A stretch of 64,000 bases of DNA from Takakia lepidozioides (lineage: Eukaryota; Plantae; Bryophyta), in the NCBI GenBank assembly GCA_030704615.1, contig CM060731.1:7254001-7318000 (forward strand), written 5' to 3'. The position numbers and the translations under genes are program-made. Below, one piece after another: positions 39,550-52,990 of this stretch. Under the pieces are notes generated by a model, which was not told the DNA's origin, searched no databases, and saw only the letters and a program-made list of their open reading frames with translations. Position 1 is the stretch's first letter, and each line of letters starts with the position of its first letter.

Positions 39550-41739
39550 TACAAAGAGAATGCACCAATTCACAGTTGGAATTTCCAAGTTGGCTCAGGG
39601 GATGTTGCATACAGTGGATTATCCAGTCACCGGCTTTGGCAGGAAATGTGTCATGGTCCTAGGTGCACATTGGTCCACGTCACGTAGTCAACAGGCTCAA
39701 ACCACACAAAATCTGCATTTTTACGCATGTCAAAAATCCTAGGCGGCGCTGTAGTAATCCAAATGGCATGGGGTTTAGTGCATTCAATAGCTGACAATGT
39801 AAGCTACAACTTTGCTTTGGGGTCACCTCCATTGGATATCATCCTGACCATGTACTAAGTGAAACAAACTATGCAACCCGTTCCGGGTCACATTGTCCTT
39901 TAGGGGTTAAACATTAGTACATTCATGCATGTACCACACATTCTTTGTAACTAAACAAACATCCAACTTCATTTTAGTATATTGATTTCAATTCTTCACA
40001 CATAGGCCTCGACATAAGAGATGCACTTGGATAACACCAAAACCTAAACCTGGCATGTCTCCGAATTCCATCATATGCGCCAACACTTGGTTCAAGCTGC
40101 GATTTCCTCCAGTATTTTTTTTTTGAAACAGGCAATCTGACCGGACATCCTCTAGGGGGTAAAAGACATAGGGGATTGCATTTGGACTTAGACACTTGGG
40201 CCAACGGCACAAGCTACCCTAGTAGTATCTACGAGAAGACTGACATCCATGAAAATGGATTGTATGAAAGGTGAGCTAACTTGGCCCCCTGCCACCTCAA
40301 AACATTGCAAAGAGATTCATCCTAGAGATTGAGATATTATAATGATTTAGTGGAGGCCAAGAAAAGACTTAGCATTTTTTCTTGGGAACTTCCCTAACAA
40401 ATTTTTATTTTAGTTGTTTGGGAGCACATTTAGTTCCTCACTAGCTAGCCCACCTTTCCACAAAATCTTCACAGTTTTCCAAGTTGTTTTTCTTGTATGG
40501 CCTTTGTAGTTCCATTTGGGGGGTCACCGAATGTGAGTAAAGGATGGGCGGCCCAGAAATTCTCTTAAGTTCTTTGTTACAAGGAATACAAGAAACCTAC
40601 AATTTTGCAACAGTGAATATGTGAGGTATTATGATGTGAGGAAATTTCAGAAGTTTTTACACAAAATCTGATGGGTTTGGTCGTTTGGAAGAGTGTTGTG
40701 CTCATTTACCCGGAATTTTCTTTGCATGCAGGTAAATTAGGATCAGGATAAGTGATGCAACCTTTTCACTTACCCCTTCGTATAGGTCATCTTTGGATTT
40801 ATCTTTACCATTATCCATATGAAAGGTAATGTATATACTTGTCAAATATGAACTAGTGGGACTGGCATGATTGGCAAAAATTGTGATTGGCTTCGAATGA
40901 TGAAAATGCACCGAAATTCGGTGCCATTGAAAACATTGGCCACAAATTCCCATTTTTCTTGAGGTACCCACTAGTTTCTCACCACTGCTGATGCATTAGG
41001 TTTAACCACCAACAAAAAAACATTTACAAATTGTAAAATTACTATGAAAAACTAATTTAATTGTCGAGCAATTTTGAAAGTGGTGATCAGATTGTTGCAT
41101 TGCCTTGAACTTGGACTATGACAATCTTAAAGACGTCCGCATTCACTCCAATAGTCGCGTTGCCACCAGCATTGAATATCGGACCCATCTTTATGGTTTG
41201 GGATGTTGAATGCAGAAAATTAACAACATTCAACATTCGTCATTGCGAAAAATCTTTTTACCATTTTTAAGTCCAGCCTAAGATACCTGAGTTGCCCCTT
41301 AAATCAAATTCACACCGAACATCTTTGTTGGCCGCGACAAAGAAATAAATTACTGCAGTTTTTGGAAACGGATCAAAAATGCAATACCTCCGATTCAGCA
41401 AAATCACACAGGAGAGATTATCCCCTTGCCAAATGATTTGACGTATCATTGTCTGGCAAGCTATCGAAACATTGTCGAACCAAAATAATTTGTCGTCATG
41501 CCTTCGTCCCCAGGAGCTCACATGCTCACGCGAGCAAACTAGAATATTCTATAGATTCTCAAAATATCTTGTGAATATGCTACAGTGAAAGGAAAATACG
41601 CTCACGCCACTTAAGGGTAATATTGAAGTATCTTTGTCTGTTGTGGTCTTGATCGGAGTCGCATAAAGTGCAAATGTCGCCTCTTTTTTGGTAGCTCTCA
41701 TGAAGGCTCTAGCTCCAAGAAACAGGGGATGAATCACAG

Positions 41740-43745
41740 GATTCGTTGGGGACTGGATGACATTGAAAACAATCTATGATGCTTGATTTTTAAGCTTCAC
41801 TTCAAGGGGTCGAGTTTCATGGTCAACATTTCCTGATGCTAACGGTCGTCCATCGATAACTTCAATAGGGGCCGATAATTTCTTTCTTACGAGCGTTAAA
41901 TTGTGTTGCTTCGCAAAGTCTTTGTCAATAAAACACGCTGAAGCGCCCGAGTCCAAAAGTGCTTCTACGGAGATATGTCGATTTTGCATCCTGATCTTTA
42001 CTCGAACTGTGAAACAAGATACAGGGTCTGGAGGTAGAAAGAGACATTTTTTTGATGAGGAATTTGGAGTGTCCAGCCGCATGGTCCCTACTGTGACTGG
42101 ACATCTTCGTTTTCCGACCTCCTCGTATCGAACACTTGAGTGGTGCCCCGAGCTTTGAATCTTCTCTTGTTGGGGCAGTTTAATGCCATGAGATCATTTT
42201 CTCCGCAATAAAGGCATAATCCATTCGAGCGCCGTCTTTGTTTTTCATGTGGCGTCAATGGCTTGAATCGGACAACATCAATTTGCACAGGATCATTACC
42301 GGATGTCTGATGGATCGTTGTATTTGGTGTCGTAGTAGCAGCGGCATGGTGCGTCGTCGACCATCCGGATCGTTTTTCTTGACGTCTTTCGAACAAACGA
42401 TTATCGCATGCAATGACTTGGGTGATGAATTCGCTCAGTGTACTCACGTTTGACATTGTCAGCAATAAATCTTTAACATCATCTTTTAGGCCACATCGAG
42501 ATTGACTAATGAGGCTCTTCTCATTCCAGTCAAGGTCGCACGCAAGTTGTCGAAATTCGACAGCACAAACGGAAGTTGGACGTGCTCCTTGTTGAAGATT
42601 TCGCATCTTTGTCTCTGCAACTCTCTCTCTATCATTCTCTCCAAACGTTGCAGTGAACTCGGACATGAACGCTTCAAAATTGTATAGTAAATGCAAATTT
42701 TTCTCTAATAGCGGTGCAAACCAAGACAGGGCAGTGCCTGATAGAAGGGTGCCCACGAATCCCACTTGAATACCTTCATCAGAGTAGTGTTATGGATGTA
42801 GTCGTAGGAACAATCGTACTTGTTGAACAAAACCGTGAAATCTTCATCTCGTCCCATCAAATTTCTCGGGCATGCTGATCTTTGGTTCCCTTGTAATCTG
42901 TTGAAGATTTGGAGGAACCGTTGCAGTAAGATTTGTTGTAGTAGGGACTCGTAAGGTTGAAGATCCATTGTTCGACTCTTTCAACTCTGAAATTTGTTGT
43001 TGCAAATTGTTGAAAGCATTGCCAAGGTCTTGAGACTGATCAGCTTGTAGTTGGGCAGTAGAAGCACGAAGTTCTTGCATCTGGAGCTGAAGGCTCTGCA
43101 ATGGGGTGACCATTTCCGCAAATGTGCCTTCCATCTTAACTAACTAAAGAACAAACTTTAGTCTCGCCAAACTCTCAAGGACGAGAACATGACTGAACAC
43201 AAACAAGAGATAAGACTAGAGGTACAAGGCTAGACAAGAAGTCAAGGTCGGCGTGGCCGAATGCATGATGAGTAAATAGGAATCAAGACGATCTTTATAA
43301 CAATGAACAAGAGTACAAGACATTGGAACACGACTTGAATACTTGAATGCTGGAAACTGGACTGGAGTACCAGATACTGGAAACTGGGCTAGGATACTGG
43401 GAACTGGAAACAAGAGTAGCTTGAACTGGTGTTGGCGAGACTGAAGAGTGTCCAGTCTCGCCTCCTATATATACTGGCTACTAAGAAGCTTCCCTAAGAA
43501 GCTTCCCCTATGGAGGTTACTTGCTGGAGAAGTTTCCAAGATTAAACAAAGGTTTCTTGATGGAGAAGCTTCCTTAAGCAAATGATGTATCTTGATAGAG
43601 AAGTTTTCTCCAAATAAAGCTTCCTGAGTAGTTTCCCAAGTTATTTCCCAAGTTACTCTTGGTAATTTGATAAACTCCCGGTAACTTGGTAAGTAATGGT
43701 AAATCATGATAAATCACGATAAGTCATGGTAACTTTCGGGGGAAC
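41740..43745 (-). mobile_element. Truncated Ty3/Gypsy element (leader/LTR remnant, gag, protease)
   Basis: gag from 43134 with stops (PEKFDGTR, LLSGTALSW, LQQG, knuckle CLYCGEND..NCP); protease ALLDSGA in the -1 frame; RT absent; LTR edges not resolved. Confidence 0.85.
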
Positions 43746-44369
43746 TAAAGGTAGATAAGAGCAGATTGAATCGGCAGATTGTCGATGGAACGGCCGAATG
43801 TATGGCCAGACCGAAAGGAACAAAATCGTTTCCTGATGCGGAGCTCGAGCATGCCATGGCTGTTGAAAATGTGGTGAATTCTGTTCCAGCTTCTTCTGTT
43901 GATGCATATCATGCATGGATTATGCAAAATAGGGTGGCTTTGGGTGAGATTGCAGATGCTATTGAAGTGTCTGCTGTTGTACCTTCTTCGGCTACTTCTA
44001 CTACAGAGGTTCCATCTTCTGCTGCTCCTACTGTTTCTGTCCCTGATCCTTCGGCAAGTTCCAAATGAGAGAGACAAGCGGCGATTGAGCCTGTCTTTAC
44101 CTGTCCCTATTGCAAAGAAAATCAACATTGGAAACCGGGGAAACCGAAGCTCAAGGTTCATCTTGCGAAAGCGAACTCCAGGCTCAATCCTTCTGCTACC
44201 ACATGGCCTTATTCTTCAGTTCCCATTTCCGAAAGTCAATGAGAAGGGGTTTTGGCCGGCATTCCAAGAATTTGTTGCGCGAGGCGAGGGCGCAGTCCAT
44301 GCGACAGCTGCAAAATCAAGTTGGGTTCCCTACCATTTCCCTGTTTTTCAAATTATGGGTTGTTGTCTA

Positions 44370-44645
44370 TCCGTGTAACCCTCTGTGTTACCCCCCCCCC
44401 CCCCCCCCCTCTCCTATGGCGTGTAATCCAGAGTGTAACCCACCTACAGTGTACCCTTTTTAAAATCCCTCTGGTAACCCACCTCTGTCTAACCCTTGTT
44501 TCGATCTGTGTGCCGTATAATCCACCTGCCTTGTACACCCTTATGTAAATCCGTCTGCCGTGTAACCCACCTTCCTTGTAACCTTTTTCTTGTGTAACCC
44601 CTCGCGCTGTAACCCTTATATTTGGTGTAACCCCTCGCGCTGTAT
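44370..44645 (+). repeat. Degenerate TGTAACCC minisatellite, probably intronic
   Basis: More than ten imperfect (G)TGTAACCC units between two coding-looking segments. Confidence 0.7.
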
Positions 44646-45295
44646 TGCGCAAGGAGCCCGACATCATCTTAGAAGCGATGATATTGACAGTGTTGTCGCT
44701 GCCCACAAGGCGTTTACAGCCCAGCCGGGGGATGGTCCGTTAAAGGTAGAGGAATTGAATCGGGTGAAGGAGTATTTGGAGAGCATTGGGCAGCCTGACA
44801 TGCCACAGCAGAAAAAAAAAAAAAAAAAAAAAAGGGTGGGAGACTTACACGAGTCCATCAGGAGAGCCAAGCCTCACATGATGATGACACGATGGACGAA
44901 CCAGCTGTTGCCAATACCGAGCTTGACGATGCCAGAACTTCAAATCCTCTTGTCATCACTATTACTGTAGATGGAATCGACGGTTTGGTTGTTCCAGAGC
45001 CATTGGAATTCACTCGCAGTTTTGCGAAAGGATTGATAGGGCAAATAGAGAATATCACCAAACCGCAAATTTTTTGAGAATTCTGGCCCACAACGATTTA
45101 AGGAAGAGGGGCCGATCAGTTTCCCAAACGCATCCCAGGTTGGGGTTGACAACTGACCACCATGAGGTGGTTGCCACAAACCAAGCCTTCTTTCTCACTT
45201 AGCCTCCCCAAACACGCCACTAAACTCAATGGCAAACAACCAAACCCTGCTGGTTCCCAGCCCTTGTGAGCACTCATTCAAGCACTCCCCTCATT

Positions 45296-45741
45296 GGCCA
45301 TAGCATCTGTCTTAGAGCCTATTCCAGCCCTCTACACCTGTTGCTTCAAGAGTTGCGCTCCCTTCAAGCTTGAAGTTGAAACCCCAACTCACATAGGCCC
45401 TACAAGTGCTGTTCTTTCACTCCAAGTGGAAACCAGCCCTAGACCTTCCGTTCTAGCTCTCTAAGGCTTGAAAACAAGAGCCTCAATGGGCTGAAGGCAT
45501 GCTCCACACATGCCCCACTCTCACCATAAGAGAATCAGCTCCTTTGCTTCATTTCTTGCACCCACAAACCTGATAATACAAGCTTCAGCAGGCTGAAAGC
45601 ATGCTCTACATGCCCTACAGGGAAACCAGCCCCTTCCTTCCTTTCTTGCACTCCCACACCTAAAAGTGCAAGTCTTCACCAGGCTGATAGCATGCTCCAC
45701 ACATACATTGCCCTCACATAAGGGAAGTCAGCCCTTCCTTG
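45296..45741 (-). mobile_element. Inverted fragment of the methyltransferase-Gypsy family leader
   Basis: Near-identical reverse complement of about 59546-60003; continues leftwards (to about 45110) into sequence missing from the right-hand copy. Confidence 0.9.
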
Positions 45742-46199
45742 CGAAACTACTGAAAATTTTGTGCTCACGCGAATCTTTCTTTTTTTTCTTTTTTTTTCCT
45801 GATATTCTCTTTTGAAATTATTTCGTAAACAAAACTGTTTGTGCTCAGGTGAGCACAGATTTTGAATTAGTTGGCGAAATATTTCTACTTATGATTTTAT
45901 AATATTCAACTCAGCGTTTCGCTATTAAATATATGTATTACCAAGGGTTTTAGTCTAAATATACTGATAGACCATGTAACTGACCCTATTAACGTAGCAA
46001 TAATATTCTATGTCCGCGTATGACTTCTATTTCCATTTGAAAACATACCTCCCCTATAACCGTGGATGGTGCTCATGCTTGTTTTTTTTTTCCTGCTCAC
46101 GCCTTTTCTGCTCATGCTGTGCTCACCGGATACCAACCCTCTCCCCCAGACTTAAGACCACCCAGAAGTACAAGGTTTGTGTGACCTTGTGAACATGTT

Positions 46200-46690
46200 A
46201 AGTGCAAACATTATATCCCAATGATACCTAACCACATCATTGTTGGTAGTTTGATGTATGCCATGATTGGCACCATATTACTTGATCTTGCATTTTCTAT
46301 GGTTAAAGAAACTTTATCTTTATCTTTATCACAGTCCTAAGTAGATTCACGACCATTAACCCTGGTGAAGCCTTTGGAGAGCTGCAAATTGAAGAGCTAT
46401 CTGGTACTTAAAAGATATGGAAGACAATGGTTTGACCTATTAGAAGAGTCAAGAAGGACTAATTCAGTTTTGGGCTTTATATATTCTTATCGAGGAGGCG
46501 ATCTAGATACAAAGAGGTCAAGTCATCGAAATGCATATTTACAAGGTAGAGGAGTGATCTTTTGGTGGCACAGCAAAATGCGAAAGACCACAACATTGAC
46601 ATTGATAGAATACGTGGGATTTGCGACATGTGCAACTTGAATAATAGACGTCACTTCCATTGAGAGGTTTGAGGGCTGAACTGAAGACCT
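46200..46690 (+). mobile_element. Ty1/Copia RT-RNase H relic
   Basis: VGSLMYAMIGT..DLAF, GGDLDTKRS, W.SK.RKT (degenerate Copia RT end and RNase H start). Confidence 0.75.
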
Positions 46691-47089
46691 CTGTACTATA
46701 ACATATTCTAGTGATGAGTGCCAGTCAGGAGACTAGTTTTATTTTAGTGTAGAGTAGGAATAGGGTGCCATGGTGCCATGTCATCATCAGCCACGTCATC
46801 AAACATATATTTTTAAGCTGCCCGGATTTCTGGAAGAAAAAAAAAACTGAATTATAAAAGTCATTTTTGTCAAATCTGCTCTAGTATTACTTTATTATTT
46901 TCTTTGGCATCTTCATATATTCAATGTAAATGTTATAGCATTTCTAAATATTATTTTGGTTTTAGAATGAGAATATATCAGTACTACATATAAATATGAT
47001 AGTGGTAATAGCTAACGAAATGTCAAAACTCGTAAATTTTTGTCTCTCGTCAAAGTCATTTTTTTGGGATAATTAAGAATTTAGATCTA

Positions 47090-47380
47090 TTATAGAGACA
47101 CATCAACAAACTCTATGATAGATACTAGATGTATGTACGTTGTGACACTAGGTGAACATGTCTCACATACATTTCTCACAATTCACATAATGTATTTATA
47201 GTGTGATATTTTATTGGGTGTTGATGTGTCTCTATGATAGATACTAGATGTGTGTACGGTGTGACACTAGGTGAACATGTCTCACATTTCACATAATGTA
47301 TTTATAGTGTGATATTTTATTGGTATACAACGACCAATAAAATATCGCACTATAAAAATATTATGTGAATTGTGACATGC
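47090..47380. repeat. ~118-bp tandem duplication with flanking inverted copies
   Basis: 47111-47228 is repeated at 47229-47323; 47332-47378 and 47090-47108 are inverted copies of parts of the unit. Confidence 0.8.
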
Positions 47381-47399
47381 CATGGTGTACTTGACAAAG

Positions 47400-49790
47400 T
47401 GAGAAAGGCCTTGCTCTTGGCAGCTCCCCGATCTCAGCCGACGCAAGTAGGGAAGTGATCAATCTCATCCCACTCCTTATATCTGCTCCCTCTCTCAGCT
47501 GATAAGGCTCTCAGTCCTCTCTCCCGCTTGTTCACCTTGTTTCCTCAGTACTTTCGTGGTTCAGCATCTCTTCATCACCTTGCAAGTCATACTTGTGTTT
47601 TTGCAGAAAGTTCGGGAGGGAGGAAGGTGGTTCTCTGTGCCTGTTTGTTTTCAGGTGTCTGCTGGCATCCTGCTCTTTGCTAGCAACAATGAGTTCTTGG
47701 GGTACAACAAGCAAAAATGGGAGCAAGGGGGGCTCGGCAATGCGCAACAGCTTAGCGCTCACAGCCAAAGGAAGGAAGACTGCTTGGATCATCGAAAACA
47801 ACACCACCTCTAATGGCTCAGGGGATTCAATCTTGGGCAAAGGCCCGTGTCCCTCCGTCAAGGCACATTCTCCTTTCTTGGAGGAGGGGGTGTGGGAAGA
47901 CTCCATCCCACAAGACATCACTGATTAGCCACTGTTGAAGTACTTGGATGCGGAAAAGCTCAAACTGCAGGCGCAGAAACTAACCGAAAGAGGGGATCTT
48001 CTTTACTTCCCGGGGAAGGCTATTGGATGGATTGTAGAGCACTTAGGTGCGGATGGAGGGTTGGCTCAGCATTACTGCCTTTCAATGGGAAGAGGACTTG
48101 GCCTTTTTTTGCTCGCCAGCAGAAGCTGAACCCGCGCTGAGCTTCAACTGTCAATTATCTGCAACAAAGGTGTTCTTATTTCCATGGACACACGACTGGG
48201 GTCACCAACAAGGGGTTTTGTGGAGCCCAAGGGTGATTGTGATCCCTTACCTCCCTGCCACTTACCTAACATCGCTTCCCGAAAATTGGTGCCAGCTTCG
48301 GCACATTTATTGGTTCCCTGAACGTCTTCGAACCAATCCAGCACAACATCAAGAGTGTCGACAACGAAGCGATTCATGTTGATCTCACAAAAGACATTGG
48401 AGTACCAAAGATTGTTGTCCTAATGCCGGAATCTAAATCGATCGGGTCTTCAATCAAGCTCCCTACCTTGGACGATTCCTATATCGTTGTCTCAATCAAG
48501 GAAGAACTCATCTCCACGATCTGTTTCGGGTGCAATGGAGAAGGACACATTCGGGCCAACTGCCTAAAGCTGCACAAGAACAAGCTTTCAGAAGCTTCCA
48601 AGCAACATGCTTTGCCAAATGTCATGACAGACTCTACAATGAAAAGTTCAACGTCAGATGCCATGGTGGGAGACAACCATCAAGCAAACTCATAGCTGTT
48701 ACACAGAGGCCGGACTGCCAAAAAAAAGAAGCGTGAAGGGGTAAAGACGCCATGGATCCATCCCAACCGTCCATATGACCTAGCTCCATTGAGAATCTCG
48801 GAAGCTTGGGCTTCCTTCCCATTCTCCGATGAAGACCTGAATCTCTTGGAGAGCAACAGCCTGGCCACTGAATTTCTGGAGCTGCACTCACGAGTTCTCA
48901 AGGAGGCCTCTAACAAGATGGGCTCCTGGGACTGCCTATGCCAGAGATAGGGCAACAGTATGTGTAACCCCCCTCGTTTATAGATTCTTTGACGGCTACA
49001 CAAACTTTTTTGTCCCTAACAATGGCGTGGGCTTCCGCTCTGCTTGGGTAACTGAAGCCTTGGCCGTAGAAATGATTGCTGGACCAGCAACGGAATTCGC
49101 TCTCCACCTGACCAACCAAGTGCTCAGGGAGTTCCCCCCCCTCTCATATCCAACTCTCAAACTCACATGCAACACATAGGCATTATGGTTGAGAATAATG
49201 CTGCTATGGTGAATCTGGCAGTCATCCACGTGCTACCGATTTTCAAATTTGAAGACCTAGCTGCCTCTGACGACCCTAACTTTGGATTATGGGCGGACAA
49301 GTTTGGCCTTTCTTGTAGAGTTACTGATGGGCTCGCAGCTCTCTCATCATGGAAGAAGGGCTAAAAATGGTGATGGAACTCTCGAGCCTGTAGGAGCATA
49401 AAGCAAAGGCAAGTGTGAACCCTATCATCACTATGGAGCAAGAGCAGGTGGCAACGAGATGGTGCTCTATAATCAAGACCATGTGCTTCTCTCTTCCAAT
49501 GAGGCCCACAAAATCACAGAGATGGTCCAGCCAGAGGAGACTGTGGACTCACCACCACCGGTAAGCATGTCTTTTCATGCTTACTATCCCCTCTTTTTCT
49601 TGGTTCTTGATGCTTCCAACATCTCTCGTGGTTGGTCATTAGTTCTTGACCTCCACTCTTGGGAGCACAGAATCCTGGCTGGCTGGCTGGAAAGCTCATT
49701 TTCCATTTTCTCTAAGAAGGCTGCTTGTTTTCTGTCATCTGCCCTTGCTTGGGAACTTCCTCTGGAGGGCCTGTCTATGCTGACTGATAG
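47400..49790 (+). mobile_element. Degenerate L1-type LINE 5' region (ORF1)
   Basis: DUF4283-like segment (SMGRG..FL, FLFPW) then zinc knuckle CFGCNGEGHIRANC (48522-48563); frameshifts and stops; boundaries approximate. Confidence 0.65.
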
Positions 49791-51109
49791 CAAAAATTAA
49801 TTATTAGAACTAGACTTTTCGAATAAAAGAAAAGTCTAGGCAGATTTTTGCTTGGAAGTTACCTTCGATCCTCCCTCCGCCTGTTGGTTTTAAGTGGATT
49901 CACTCGCAACGACGCAATGGCGCGAGCGTACGCTCACGCCAGCTGACGTGGCGTGAGCCTGATCCCACGCTGACGTGGCGTGAGCGTCATGTCAGCATGC
50001 TGATGTGGCAGCAAATGATGACGTGGCACTGTCCGTCATCTGCCACGTCAGCATTAACATGCGCCGCCTATAACCGAGCTATATCATTGCACCGCCGACG
50101 AATTGATGTGAATTACACATTTCAAATCATGGTCGTCCACATACCACATTGCATAGTTGATGCTACCCATGTGTTGTATCCCGCTGCAATAGAGTATCGA
50201 CCTCGTTGAAACTCATAGTGGCTTGGTGAATGAAGTTGTCACGTTTGGGATCGCAAACCATCCTCTTCAAAAATATGAAATACAAATGTTTGCAGGGTAT
50301 GAATTTACCTCTCTTGCCCAAACTGGTTGATAGCATATTCACAAAATCAGGACATGTGCAATTGGGGTAATTGGAAACCGTGATGTCGTAGGTCCTGTCA
50401 TGAACAGCAGATGTGGAAGTGATGATTGTGAATACCCGACCATATCCTGGATTGGGTACTTCCGTGGTGCTTCCAACACGAGCTTGGAGCATTCTTGTGG
50501 ACTCCACTTTGCCAAAGTGTTCAGCGGTTGGAGGGAAACGCCGAACGAGCTTTCCATCTCGTTTGGTTGGCCACAAGTCAGGATTTGTCGGGCGGACCCG
50601 GGAGGACGCAAAAGTAGTAGCACATGCATGGAGTTGGAGTTGTCTCGCAAGGGAAAACACTACAACAGATTGCGGCTTTTATGACTCCCATGGGTGCGCA
50701 GTCATGACAGATTTGTGGCAGAAATGCCATTTGCAGTCGTAAAATGCTTTTGAAGTCATAATGCAGGTCTGGAGAAGGCGTATATGCGACTGCATGGCTT
50801 CGGACTCTGTGCAACACAGGTCAAACATGTTTGACCACGAATATTGGCATGGCAGATATGACTACCAGTCACGGTCATGGCTACACTAGAATGACGTGTG
50901 CATATTGCAAGACAGACATATGACTTCATGACTCTCACTCTAATGCATTATGCCAGATCATCACATAGATGAATCACTACATGACTACACGTGTCGACAC
51001 ATGCTTTTCTGGTTATATATATAATATATGAGTATTTATATCTTAAAAAAACGGAGACTCTTACCACTAGAATGAATTAAAAAAACCCAAAAAAACAAAG
51101 ATTTAAAAA

Positions 51110-51320
51110 AAATCACATCAGCTGGTAAGTGCACAGTGTGTCGCCCTTGTGGTTTGGGGTTCAAACCCGCTGCCCTTATCCCGTGTGTGGGATTGTTCGA
51201 GACGGTATGTCTTGACGTTGATCGTCCTGTAGGTCTTATGGCCCATAAATGAAGGCGGGTGAATTTTCCCCCTCCTCAAGGGCTTGTGGTTTCCTTTAAG
51301 AAAAAAAAAAAAAAAAAAAA
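51110..51320 (+). mobile_element. Poly-A-tailed SINE inside the Pack-CACTA
   Basis: A-box-like TCAGCTGGTAA, B-box GGTTCAAACCC (about 51159), A20 tail at 51301-51320. Confidence 0.6.
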
Positions 51321-52990
51321 TGAAAAAGGGGCTTTTAGGGTTTACAAAAAGGTTAAAAAACTTAAAAAGTTGCCCATCACAGTAGCGTGAACAGACTTAG
51401 AGCGAGCGGGAGGGAGAGAGAGAGAGGGTTGGCACTTAGAGCGAGCGAGCGGGAGAGAGGGCAAACATGCATGGGAAGCCCGCAGTTGGATCAACCTTCG
51501 CATCTGGAGCAAGCAACCCTAGAAACGCTAGGGTATGTGTGCGAGGAGGTTTCGGCTGGGAGCCCGCCGTTCTTGGGAGAGTCAGCTTCGTCTTAGCAGG
51601 CCGTGTTTCAATCTCTACCCGCTCGGCCCTGATTTTACAGCACGAAGCAGAGCTGGCATGAGTTTCTAAAAGAACCTTCACGATGGTGGGACAACCGCAA
51701 TCGCAAGGTGTGGTTTTTTCTTAATGTACGATGTGAAGAAGTTTGTCCATCCTGCAAATGTGGGTTGGCTCTCCTGTTAGTACCATGATTTGGTATTCTT
51801 CCTGATGTTTACAAGGTTCTTGGGAGAGTTAGCTTGGTCTTAGTAGGCCATGTTTCAATCTCTGCCCACTCAGCTGCACCGTGGTGGTTCTCACTGACCA
51901 ATCCGACATTACCTAACTACAGACACAAGCAGCACACACGAGAGGTCATCTTGGGTTCATGTTCAGTCAAATCCTCCATGGGTCATGACACAAGGTCGAG
52001 GACAATGTGGTGAGGGCACCTTCTTCTTCGACCTATTTCAGCCTATTTTGCCCTCTCATCAGACTCGGCCCTGAATTTGAATCATGGAGCAGAGCTGGCA
52101 TGAGTTTTTTTAAGATCCTTCACGAGGGTGCGACCGCAATCGCAAGGTGTGGTTTTTTTTTAATGTACGATGTGCAGAATTTTGTCCATCCTGCAAATGT
52201 GGGTTGTTGGCTCCTGTTAGTACCATGATTTGATATTCTTCCTGATGTTTACAAGGTTCTTGGGAGAGTCAGCTTGGTCTTAGCAGACCGTGTTTCAGAT
52301 GCTAGTAGGAAGGCAAGGATGTATGCATAGATAGCTGAAGGATTTTGTGCAGAGGCATAGATAGCTGAAGGAGCAGGGATAGAGTGTGGGCCCAAATTCG
52401 TCCAAGAGGGCCGGATTTCAAGCTCCATTATTTCAGTGTCATCCATTCAGCCAGGGATTTCCTGGTGACATTGCCAAGGCTTTACTCGCAACACGATGCT
52501 TGTAAAGCTTCCTTAGCTTGAATGCTGATTATGCTTGAATTATTAGGTTTGTAAAGCCAGTTTTGAAATTTTCATGGTAATCAGCTCTCTTGAAAATCTG
52601 TAGGTTGCAAGCCATTTACAGCGGGCCGTGGGTGGACTGGAAGACAGCCATTGAAAGTCCTGGTGCAAGTTAATACCAGTGGAGAGCAGAATAAGCTTCA
52701 TATGCCCTTTTGGTGCTAGTTATCTTCATGTATGGTACTGTTGAACACCAACAATCTTTTGGTGAGATTCTGTCTTGGTGCACATGTCTGATAAAGAAAG
52801 ACGGTAATGTTTGTTCTGAAACCTGAAGGCGTGAAATGATTCAACACAACAAGAGCATTACGCGTGTCACAGTACAAGCTGTAAGAAAGCAAGAGATACA
52901 TAGTTATACAGTCAAACAGACAACTATCAGTTTCTGTGGAATCTCTTGCCAATGGCAGGATGGGTTGGGAATAGCCAAGTCAGGAGGTGA

